Shown in pieces: positions 1 to 7,144 of a stretch of DNA of 11,450 nt (positions are counted from its first letter, which is position 1; the number at the start of each line of letters is the position of its first letter). Position numbers and translations under genes: made by a program. The stretch is from Candidatus Altarchaeum sp. CG2_30_32_3053 (lineage in GTDB: Archaea; Altiarchaeota; Altiarchaeia; Altiarchaeales; Altiarchaeaceae). The stretch spans positions 1-11,450 of the forward strand of contig MNZY01000070.1 of assembly GCA_001873845.1 (NCBI GenBank). Reading direction: 5' to 3'. The notes under the pieces are model-generated. The model did not search any database, was not told the DNA's origin, and saw only the letters and a program-made list of their open reading frames with translations.

Positions 1-154
1 CCCATCTTTCCCACCATCAAAAAATTTACGGGTAATTTTAAAAATTTACAAAATTAATTATACTTAACAACAAAAATACGCTCACTTCGTTCGTATCTTT
101 TCAAATCTTTGGGATTTAAAAATTACGCCCAAACTTTTACGCCGGGGTGGGAAA

Positions 155-170
155 CTCAGGATTTATACTA
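155..170 (+). promoter_or_regulatory. BRE/TATA-like element ('caggATTTATACTa') about 20 nt upstream of the ORF185 ATG, suggesting a leaderless transcript.
   Basis: The spacing matches the archaeal TATA-to-start distance of about 25 nt. The same 'atttatact' octamer recurs at 9759-9767 upstream of L7Ae. Confidence 0.3.
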
Positions 171-184
171 TTCATACAATTACA

Positions 185-844
185 ATGGCAAATCTCGGAG
201 GTTTATTTAATATACTAAAAAGAAAGGATAAAAAAGAAAGCAGAACAAAAGGCAATATCAGAGAAAAAGAAGAAACAACAGATATTGTTGAAGATAAAGG
301 AATGAAAGAGATTGAGCAGGAATTCAAATATTTAGACAGCAAAACCAAAAATAAAATTTGTATTGACGGAATTGCTTTGCTACTATTGACAAAAATGGGA
401 ATAATTGAAAATGCAATAAATTTTTACAACATAATTCTAACCCCCTCGCTCGTAGAGGAAATAGAAAAACAAAAAAAAGACAATGAACCAGAGGCAAACT
501 TCATATTAAATTTAATAAATACAGGAAAATTTTCAAAGGAAAAGGTAGATAAAAACAAAGACCTTATACAATACGGATTATACATGGCTGAACTTGAAAT
601 TGTTTCGCATTTTTTGAACGGAAATTGTAATTTTATACTTTCCGATGATGCAATAATTAGGGCAAACAGAGAAATTTTAAAACTGAATGCCATTTCAACG
701 CCTGCTTTTGTGCTGTCTTTACTTAACAAGGAGATAATAACAAGAGAGCATGCAATAAGCGCTTATGCTATTTTAAGAAGTGAAAAATGGTTTGAGGAAT
801 GGATAATAGATGAATGTATAAGAAGGGTGAAGTTAAAAAAATAA
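185..844 (+). CDS. Hypothetical protein with a probable PIN-like nuclease fold, a K/E-rich N-terminal extension of about 50 aa and a C-terminal extension of about 60 aa.
   Basis: The 219-aa ORF has K/E-rich codon usage typical of real genes in this AT-rich genome. Three motifs are spaced as in PIN domains: 'KICIDGIALL' (beta1 with Asp), 'ILTPSLVEEIEK' (the conserved vtp.v..El Glu motif) and 'NFILSDDAIIRAN' (the ..lvTdD.. Asp motif). A TATA-like 'atttatacta' at 161-170 lies about 20 nt upstream of the ATG, consistent with a leaderless mRNA. No search could be run to confirm the fold. Confidence 0.45.
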   Translation: MANLGGLFNILKRKDKKESRTKGNIREKEETTDIVEDKGMKEIEQEFKYLDSKTKNKICIDGIALLLLTKMGIIENAINFYNIILTPSLVEEIEKQKKDNEPEANFILNLINTGKFSKEKVDKNKDLIQYGLYMAELEIVSHFLNGNCNFILSDDAIIRANREILKLNAISTPAFVLSLLNKEIITREHAISAYAILRSEKWFEEWIIDECIRRVKLKK

Positions 845-865
845 ATTTAAAAAAATAAATTTAAC

Positions 866-897
866 GGTTAAAATTTTTTTCTTAATTTTTCTTTCAC
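866..897. terminator. T-rich bidirectional terminator region between the convergent ORF185 gene (+) and GT2 gene (-).
   Basis: 'gttaaaatttttttcttaatttttctttc' on the plus strand after the stop at 844. On the minus strand a T-run 'tttatttttttaaattt' (plus coordinates about 847-862) follows the GT2 stop. Confidence 0.4.
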
Positions 898-929
898 ATA
901 ATTTACAGACTTGTCTATTATGCCTTTAT

Positions 930-1871
930 CTAGCTCCTTGAGGTAATATAAGATATTGACTGGCTAACTACAATTATATTTTCTATGGCCTGGTCATTTG
1001 TTTTCTTTGCCCATACATTCGTTTCGTTGAACTGCTGTCTGAGTTCTTCTGTAAATTTATCTGCCTTTTTTCGGATGTAGTCCTTCATTATATCTGTAAG
1101 CTCGGCAGAGTTATTTGTATACGTACTGATATTAATAAATGCCTGATGAAGTTTTTCCTCATCGGGACGATATTCAACATAGCTGGTACTGGAAAGTATA
1201 TCTTTAAGATTCGGATAACGGGTAGATAATTCAAGTTCAAAATAATATTTCAAAGAGAACAGTAAGCCCATTTCATCAAGCCGTCTCGGACTCGTTATAA
1301 CAAAATTGTCTGTGAAAAAACATGTTTTACCCATTTTATGTAATCTACGCGCAAAATCAGCATCTTCAAGTGGCACATCGCGAAATCCTCCTGAAATTTT
1401 AAACGCATCAGCAGTTACAAAAGTATTGAATCCAAGAAGTGTCGGAAAGTCAATTTTGTCATTGAAATCAAACCATGAGCATAATAGTTTTTCTGTGAAA
1501 ACCATTTTTGGATTTGGATTTGAAAATTTAAATCCAGCACAAAAACCGAGCATGTTGGAATCGCTGTTAAATTTATTCATTCCCCACTCAACATAATCCT
1601 TTGGCAATATTGTGTCAGCATCAACAAAAAGAAAATATTTTCCCGCAGCAGAATTAGCCCCGCGGTTTCGCTGCAATCCTATGCTTCTAACATCTGATAA
1701 AATTACCTTGTCCGCATACTTTTTGGATATCTCAAATGTCTTGTCCTCACGTTTTCCGTCACAGACGATTATCTCATATTTTACATCTGTTTCCTGTGCA
1801 ATTACGGACTTCAAACACACCTCTATGTTTTTTTCTTCATTTAAGGTCGGAATGATTACTGAGACATCCAT
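930..1871 (-). CDS. Family-2 glycosyltransferase (GT-A fold), dolichyl-phosphate sugar synthase-like, with a C-terminal extension.
   Basis: The N-terminus 'MDVSVIIPTLNEEKNIEVCLKSV' is the classic GT2 start. 'VDADTILP' supplies the DxD motif, and 'RNRGANSAAGKYFLFVDAD' is the usual GT2 core. The protein is 313 aa. Confidence 0.85.
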   Translation of the reverse strand: MDVSVIIPTLNEEKNIEVCLKSVIAQETDVKYEIIVCDGKREDKTFEISKKYADKVILSDVRSIGLQRNRGANSAAGKYFLFVDADTILPKDYVEWGMNKFNSDSNMLGFCAGFKFSNPNPKMVFTEKLLCSWFDFNDKIDFPTLLGFNTFVTADAFKISGGFRDVPLEDADFARRLHKMGKTCFFTDNFVITSPRRLDEMGLLFSLKYYFELELSTRYPNLKDILSSTSYVEYRPDEEKLHQAFINISTYTNNSAELTDIMKDYIRKKADKFTEELRQQFNETNVWAKKTNDQAIENIIVVSQSISYITSRS

Positions 1872-1897
1872 CTCAAAAAAATATGTGCATAATTTTT

Positions 1898-2707
1898 TTA
1901 TTCCTTTCTTTCTTCTGCTCCTTTTTTGCTTCTTTCCAAAAGGCCTTCCGACAGCCCTACTATGTCTCCTATATTGCTTGTTCCGCTAACAGCACCCGAA
2001 GGAACTACTATTAAATTTTTCTCCCTCGCTATTTCCGAAAGGGTCTGCAACTCCCTTAATTTCATTGCCATGGGCATTTTTGTATATTCCACTGCTGCAT
2101 CTCTCATCTTCATAGCTGCCTGTAATTCCCCGTCAGCCATAATTATTCTGCTTCTTTTTTCTCTTTCCGCTTCTGCCTGTTTTGCCATCGCCCTCGTCAT
2201 ATTTTCAGGTAAAATAACATCCTTTATTGTTACGGCATTGACCTTTATTCCCCATGGACTTGTCGCCACATCTAAAATTTCCTGTACCTTTTTTCCCAGA
2301 TCTTCTCTTTTGGCAAGCAATTCATCCAGTTCTACCTGTCCGAGAACATCTCTTATCGTTGTCTCTGCCCTCAACACACTTGCTTCATGATAATTTTCAA
2401 CATTTACAACCGCATGACTCGGATCTTCAACCCTATAATAAACAACAGCATCAACCATGATAGAAATATTATCTTTTGTTATTACATTCTGCTTTTTAAT
2501 ATCAAAGACAATTGTCCTCAAATCAATTTTTATCCATTTATCTATTATGGGAATTATAAAAAATACCCCGGGACCTTTTGCCCCGATTAATCTTCCGAGA
2601 CGAAAGACAACGCTCCGTTCATACTCATTTACTATTTTTATGCTGTATGCCAAAATTATTATTACAACAACCAGCCCGAAAATAACCGGAGTTATCTCAC
2701 CACCCAT
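1898..2707 (-). CDS. SPFH/band-7 (stomatin/prohibitin-like) membrane protein.
   Basis: An N-terminal transmembrane helix is followed by 'IKIVNEYERSVVFRLGRL', the SPFH signature. A coiled-coil 'AKQAEAEREKRSRIIMADGELQAA' follows. The gene sits 26 bp upstream of the GT2 gene on the same strand, so the two are probably co-transcribed. Confidence 0.85.
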   Translation of the reverse strand: MGGEITPVIFGLVVVIIILAYSIKIVNEYERSVVFRLGRLIGAKGPGVFFIIPIIDKWIKIDLRTIVFDIKKQNVITKDNISIMVDAVVYYRVEDPSHAVVNVENYHEASVLRAETTIRDVLGQVELDELLAKREDLGKKVQEILDVATSPWGIKVNAVTIKDVILPENMTRAMAKQAEAEREKRSRIIMADGELQAAMKMRDAAVEYTKMPMAMKLRELQTLSEIAREKNLIVVPSGAVSGTSNIGDIVGLSEGLLERSKKGAEERKE

Positions 2708-2740
2708 TTTAAAAAATTTAACAGATATAAATTTTATAAA

Positions 2741-2763
2741 TAATTTGTTATAAATTTGTTATA
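2741..2763. repeat. Direct repeat doublet ATTTGTTATA x2 in the divergent intergenic region.
   Basis: Direct reading. It lies 35-56 bp upstream of the minus-strand SPFH start and is a candidate TATA-region element. Confidence 0.5.
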
Positions 2764-2778
2764 GTAATATAAATATTT

Positions 2779-2927
2779 AAATTTAATACAGCATAAATTC
2801 AGTAAATTTAATACAGCATAAATTCAGTAAATTTAATACAGCATAAATTCAGCATAATTTTAAATTTAATACAGCATAAATTCAGCATATTTAGCATAAA
2901 TTCAGCATAAGCAGCATAAATTCAGCC
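2779..2927. repeat. Tandem repeat array: the 25-bp unit 'aaatttaatacagcataaattcagY' x4 (2779-2803, 2804-2828, 2829-2853, 2862-2886), decaying into three 13-14-bp half-units '(a)gcataaattcagc' (2893-2927).
   Basis: Direct reading. Units 1 and 2 are identical. The core 'cagcataaattcag' occurs seven times. The array ends 3 nt before the ATG at 2931. Each unit contains a TATA-like 'aaatttaata'. Confidence 0.9.
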
Positions 2928-2930
2928 AAT

Positions 2931-3644
2931 ATGAATTTCATCCCGATAACTTATAAAAACACAAACCTGAATATATCTTTATACAAAGGAAATACAACGA
3001 CTGAAAGCATCCCTTTTAACAAAATTTTTAAAACCGTTGTTGAGGAAAGAAGTAAAATAGAGAAGGAAATAATAAAAAATCCGTTGTTTAAATATTCTCT
3101 TGAGCCGCTTAAACCCGATAATGACTCACCAGAAATAATTAAAAATATGTGTTATGCCTCAAATCTGGCAAATGTCGGGCCAATGGCAAGCGTTGCTGGG
3201 GCAATTGCAGAAATTTTATGTGAGAAATGTATTGGACTTGGATTTGATGCTGGGTTCATTGAAAACGGGGGAGATATTGCTCTGTTCGGGGACAGGAATT
3301 TTAAGATTCAGATTTACACAAAAAATTCACCGTTTTCAGACAAATTTTTCATACCTTTAAATCCAGCAAAATTATTCCAGGACAAAATTTTAGGTATATG
3401 TACATCCTCATCTTCTATAGGTCCGTCTGTGAGTTTTGGAGACAGCGATGCGACGACGATTATAGCAAATAGTCCTGCAATCGCAGATGCATTCGCGACC
3501 TCACTTGGAAATTTAGTTAAAAACGATGAAAAGTGTCTTGAGGATGTTATTGAATTCGGAAAGAAATTTAATGTAGTAAAAGGAATTTGTATAATTGTTA
3601 AGGATAAAATCGGGATGTGGAATGTCCGGCTGGAAAAATTTTAA
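2931..3644 (+). CDS. UPF0280 family protein (ApbE superfamily, COG2122-like), function unknown.
   Basis: 'NVGPMASVAGAIAE', '...ENGGDIALFGD...', 'GICTSSSSIGPSVSFGDSDATTIIANSPAIADAFATSLGN' and a C-terminal 'IVKDKIGMWNV' match my recollection of the archaeal UPF0280/ApbE-like family signature. The start codon abuts the tandem repeat array. Only 15 bp separate its stop from the Elp3 start. Confidence 0.7.
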   Translation: MNFIPITYKNTNLNISLYKGNTTTESIPFNKIFKTVVEERSKIEKEIIKNPLFKYSLEPLKPDNDSPEIIKNMCYASNLANVGPMASVAGAIAEILCEKCIGLGFDAGFIENGGDIALFGDRNFKIQIYTKNSPFSDKFFIPLNPAKLFQDKILGICTSSSSIGPSVSFGDSDATTIIANSPAIADAFATSLGNLVKNDEKCLEDVIEFGKKFNVVKGICIIVKDKIGMWNVRLEKF

Positions 3645-3659
3645 ATAAACTTTAAGGTT

Positions 3660-5387
3660 ATGGCTGTCAGGGATGATGAAAGGGATGATAAAAAGAGTGA
3701 TAAAAGGGATGATAAAAGGGATAATGAAAACAGGAAAAAGGTATGCAGAGAGATAATTAAAAAAATTTTAAGCGGCAGAATCATAAGCAGGGAAGCACTT
3801 GAAAAAGAAAAGTCCATTTATTGTGAGAAATATAGAATGCGGGAATATCTGAACAATCCAGAAATTTTAAATTCTGCGAACGACAGCGAAAGGGCAGAAA
3901 TTTTAAAAATTTTGCAGAAGAAACCGTCCCGAACTTACGCGGGAGTTACGGTAATTGCCTGTATGACTATGCCAGCGAGATGCCCTCACGGAAAATGTGC
4001 CTATTGTCCCGGGGGCGTTGAAATTGATATTCCCCAAAGTTATACCGGGAAAGAGCCATCAACGATGCGAGGCATCCAGTGTCATTTTGATTCCTATCTT
4101 GAAACAACCTCCCGGCTGTATCAGTATCACAAGCTTGGACATGCCATTGATAAAATTGAACTAATAATTATGGGCGGAACCCTGCCTGCACAAGATATTG
4201 ATTATATGGAATATTTTTCAAAGCGGTGTATTCAGGCAATGAATGAATTTTATGAAAATTTAAAAATTATTGAAAAATCAGGTGAGGAAAAATTTACTGA
4301 AAAATATAATGATGATAAGAACAGGTCTGACGGAGGAAAATTTCGCAAATTTCACTATCAGGAAGAAATACAGAGGGCGAATGAAAAAGCGAAAATAAGA
4401 TGTGTCGGACTGACTTTTGAATCAAGGCCAGATTATGCAAAAAAAGAGGAAATTCTGGGAATGTTAAAATGCGGGGCAACAAGGGTTGAGATGGGTGTTC
4501 AAAGTCCTTATGATTTTATTTATTCTATTGTCGATCGCGGGCATACTGTCCAGGATGTTATTGAATCAACTGCTTTATTAAAGGATTATGGATTAAAGGT
4601 TTGCTACCATATGATGCCTGGATTGCTTGGAAATTCCGAATACAGCAGGGCTCTTGATTTCAGGGGATTCGGAAAAATTGTCACAGATGAAAATTTCATG
4701 CCGGATATGTTAAAAATTTATCCGACTTTAATAATCAAAGGAACAAAATTTCATGATGAATACATTAAGGGAAATTTTGAACCATTAACAACGGAAAATG
4801 CGGTCCGGTTAATAACAGATGTTATGGCAGCACTTCCGAAATGGGTCAGGGTAATGAGGGTAATGCGGGACATTCCTGCTTATATGATTGAGGCGGGAAT
4901 TAAAACAAGTAATCTGGAACAGCTGGTTGACAAAAAATTAAAAGCCGGAAATTTAAAATGTATGGAAATAAGACACAGAGAGGTCAGGAATGAGAACATT
5001 GATTTTGACAATATAAGGTTGCTGCGTGAGGAGTATAATGCATCAAAAGGAAGGGAAATTTTTCTGAGTTATGAGGACATTGAAAATGATTTGCTGATTG
5101 GATTTTTACGGCTGAGAACACCTTCAAATTTTAACAAAACAAAAAATGTCTTTGTCAGGGAATTGCATATTTACGGGAAAGAGGTTAAAATCGGGGAAAA
5201 AGCAAAAGCAGATGAAATCCAGCACAGAGGGTTTGGGGGAAATTTACTTGCGGAGGCAGAAAGAATTTCCTGTGAAGAATTTGATGCGAAAAAAATTTCT
5301 GTAATGAGCGGAATAGGGGCAAGGGAATATTACAGGAAATTTAATTATAAAAAAGAGAAATTCTGGATGGTGAAAAATTTAAGTTAA
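3660..5387 (+). CDS. elp3: Elp3 homolog: a radical-SAM plus GNAT acetyltransferase enzyme, predicted tRNA U34 carboxymethyl-uridine synthase.
   Basis: The radical-SAM cluster motif 'CPHGKCAYCPGG' is the Elp3-specific CPHGKCxYCPGG variant. The C-terminal GNAT acetyl-CoA site is 'QHRGFGGNLLAEAERIS'. The 575-aa length and the layout match archaeal and eukaryotic Elp3. An N-terminal extension of about 25 aa (RDDK-type repeats) precedes the conserved start 'KKVCREIIKKILSG'. Confidence 0.9.
   Translation: MAVRDDERDDKKSDKRDDKRDNENRKKVCREIIKKILSGRIISREALEKEKSIYCEKYRMREYLNNPEILNSANDSERAEILKILQKKPSRTYAGVTVIACMTMPARCPHGKCAYCPGGVEIDIPQSYTGKEPSTMRGIQCHFDSYLETTSRLYQYHKLGHAIDKIELIIMGGTLPAQDIDYMEYFSKRCIQAMNEFYENLKIIEKSGEEKFTEKYNDDKNRSDGGKFRKFHYQEEIQRANEKAKIRCVGLTFESRPDYAKKEEILGMLKCGATRVEMGVQSPYDFIYSIVDRGHTVQDVIESTALLKDYGLKVCYHMMPGLLGNSEYSRALDFRGFGKIVTDENFMPDMLKIYPTLIIKGTKFHDEYIKGNFEPLTTENAVRLITDVMAALPKWVRVMRVMRDIPAYMIEAGIKTSNLEQLVDKKLKAGNLKCMEIRHREVRNENIDFDNIRLLREEYNASKGREIFLSYEDIENDLLIGFLRLRTPSNFNKTKNVFVRELHIYGKEVKIGEKAKADEIQHRGFGGNLLAEAERISCEEFDAKKISVMSGIGAREYYRKFNYKKEKFWMVKNLS
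3670..3730 (+). repeat. In-frame degenerate 12-13-bp tandem repeat (RGGGATGATAAAA x5) encoding the charged R/K-D-D-K/E extension of Elp3.
   Basis: Direct reading gives gggatgatgaaa, gggatgataaaaa, gagtgataaaa, gggatgataaaa and gggataatgaaaa. Confidence 0.7.
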
Positions 5388-5413
5388 AAATAAACGACTA
5401 GCAACATTATACA

Positions 5414-7144
5414 TTACAGCCTCCTCAAAATATTTCCTAAAATATTCATAACATATACATTCAGTGATTTCCTGTTTCTTGGCCAGTTTAGTTCCCTGTT
5501 TTTATGAATTAATGACTTCATGGACTCATTAATCTCATCCCTTAATAAATTAATTTCCCGCTCATTGTCATTAATACCAATACCTGTTTTTGAAATTTGG
5601 GCAACCTTCTTCATAACATCTCTTGAAATTTCAACCTGTTTTTCTGTATTTTTAACATACCTGTCATCAACCATCTCATGTTTTCTTTTAATATGTGATA
5701 ATTTAACTGCTGTGTCATAAGTAAGATCAATAATATCATCAGGAGAAAGATTTTCTGTCCGATAGTTAAAAAAGTCCTTCCATGAGTATCTGTCAAAGGC
5801 ATTGTAATGTTCTTCAAGTGTCCTGTGCAAAACCACATAACCGTATCTGGCGGGATTTTCAAATGCGATGGATCCTGGGTCAAGAGTCGGGGCATATGGA
5901 GATATAAAAGGATAAACCTTATGTTCCCGTTCTCCGGAATTTTTAAATTTTTTAAATTTCCCGATAACTGAATCAATATAATCAAGTGTTCTGTAAATGC
6001 TTTTCTTACTCTGTTTTCCGAGTCCGAGCATAAAAAAAAGATCAAATTTATCGCAGTCATTGTTCAGTGCGATTTCTATGCTGTTTTCAACATCTTCATT
6101 TGTATAATTCTTTCCGGCGCAAAACCGCACATCATCAGAGGCGTCTTCCGGAGACATCTCAAGATTATAATGTGCAAATGTGCTCTTCAGAGTCACTGCA
6201 AATTCTTCTGTCAAGGGAGAAAATAACTCAAATACAACTGGCAGGTCAATCTTTTCTTTTTTTATTTTTTTAAATACCTCTTCATAATACCTTTTGCCGC
6301 CCATCCGTATGTCATTCAGAAAGAATACGGGATTTTTGATATATTCTTCATTCAGACGCAACTGCTCAATCACTTTATCCGGCTCCATAAATGCCGGCTT
6401 TTTGCGGTTGTATATTCGCTTATAGCATTCAGATGAGCCGCCGCAATTGACACAGTTATACAGGCATCCCTTTGAGGTAAGTATAGGCATTGTCGGTTCA
6501 TCAAGCCATGACCTGTAAGGCAGATTAGCGTCAATGTCCATATCCCTGATAATCAGTTTCAGCATAAATTTCGGGTCAATTACGAAATTAACAGTTTCAG
6601 GCACATTGGTTATGGGATTTGATTTGACAATATTGTTTTTTCTCCACGATAAATTCGGAATGTCTTCTTTATCGGTTTTGTTTAAATTTTCAATTAGTTT
6701 TAATAAAGGATATTCGCAGGAATCGCCTTTAAGCACATAATCAATAAACGAAAATTTAGTTAGAATTTCATCGTGATAGTATGTAGAAGTAAAGCCGCCA
6801 AATATAACTGGTGTATTCGGATGAAATTTTTTGCATATCTTTGCGATTTCAATTGCACCGTGAAGATGGGCCATCCAGTGAAGGTCTATGCAGAATGCCT
6901 CTGCATTTAGTCGTTTTATAAATTTTTCTGCATCAAATTTTTCGCTGTTTAGCATCTTCAGGGCTATATTTACAATCCTCGCCCTGTGTCCGTGCCGCTC
7001 AAGATAATGTGCCATTGATACAAATCCCATGGGATACATTTCAAACACAGGTGTTGACGGGACCGCTTCGCTCATTGCGCCTATAAATACCGGACGCTTG
7101 CGGAAGTCGTAAATGCCTGGCGGATGTAAAAATACAGTTGTCAT
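5414..7144 (-). CDS. B12(cobalamin)-binding-domain radical-SAM enzyme (class B radical-SAM family), substrate unknown.
   Basis: The N-terminal B12-binding-like domain reads 'YPMGFVSMAHYLERHGHRARIVNIA ... PVIFGGFTSTYYHDEIL ... VLKGDSCEYPLLKLIENL'. The canonical CX3CX2C radical-SAM motif is 'TSKGCLYNCVNCGG'. The protein is 576 aa. Its start codon overlaps the stop of the upstream small gene in an ATGA arrangement. Confidence 0.85.
   Translation of the reverse strand: MTTVFLHPPGIYDFRKRPVFIGAMSEAVPSTPVFEMYPMGFVSMAHYLERHGHRARIVNIALKMLNSEKFDAEKFIKRLNAEAFCIDLHWMAHLHGAIEIAKICKKFHPNTPVIFGGFTSTYYHDEILTKFSFIDYVLKGDSCEYPLLKLIENLNKTDKEDIPNLSWRKNNIVKSNPITNVPETVNFVIDPKFMLKLIIRDMDIDANLPYRSWLDEPTMPILTSKGCLYNCVNCGGSSECYKRIYNRKKPAFMEPDKVIEQLRLNEEYIKNPVFFLNDIRMGGKRYYEEVFKKIKKEKIDLPVVFELFSPLTEEFAVTLKSTFAHYNLEMSPEDASDDVRFCAGKNYTNEDVENSIEIALNNDCDKFDLFFMLGLGKQSKKSIYRTLDYIDSVIGKFKKFKNSGEREHKVYPFISPYAPTLDPGSIAFENPARYGYVVLHRTLEEHYNAFDRYSWKDFFNYRTENLSPDDIIDLTYDTAVKLSHIKRKHEMVDDRYVKNTEKQVEISRDVMKKVAQISKTGIGINDNEREINLLRDEINESMKSLIHKNRELNWPRNRKSLNVYVMNILGNILRRL

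Noticed and set aside
1-16. Possible 3' end of a tRNA ('...tttcccaCCA') cut by the window edge.
   Set aside because: Only about 16 nt are visible, and there is no T-arm (GTTCRANYC) nearby. The downstream complementary 9-mer at 147-155 does not fit tRNA architecture. I cannot support this.
96-111. T-loop-like 'gttcgtatc' and 'ttcaaatc' strings that might indicate a tRNA.
   Set aside because: The flanking bases do not form the required 5-bp T-stem, and position 58 would not be A. No cloverleaf could be built.
424-729. Antisense or alternative-frame ORFs inside confident genes (424-729, 1306-1596, 1612-1989, 1926-2390, 2254-2753, 3154-3360, 4294-4482, 5520-6273, 6534-6740, 7701-7889, 8936-9151, 9138-9350, 10611-11301).
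   Set aside because: These have hydrophobic, low-complexity translations typical of the opposite strand of AT-rich coding DNA. Each is fully overlapped by a gene with recognisable conserved motifs.
2779-2927. Possible mini CRISPR array.
   Set aside because: The repeat units are directly contiguous, with no unique spacers between them, and they decay into half-units. This is the behaviour of a tandem minisatellite or operator array, not of CRISPR.
2708-2930. Replication origin (ORB repeats) in the repeat-rich divergent spacer.
   Set aside because: There are no ORB or mini-ORB-like GGA-containing boxes and no adjacent orc1/cdc6 gene. The repeats are simple tandem units of the same orientation, not the inverted ORB pairs that flank an AT-rich unwinding element.
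3672-3680. Box C-like RUGAUGA motifs (3672-3680, 4311-4319, 10088-10094, 11374-11380) that might mark C/D box sRNAs.
   Set aside because: All lie inside coding sequence. None has a box D (CUGA) and terminal stem at the appropriate spacing. These are most likely chance occurrences (GATGA codons for Asp-Asp/Glu).
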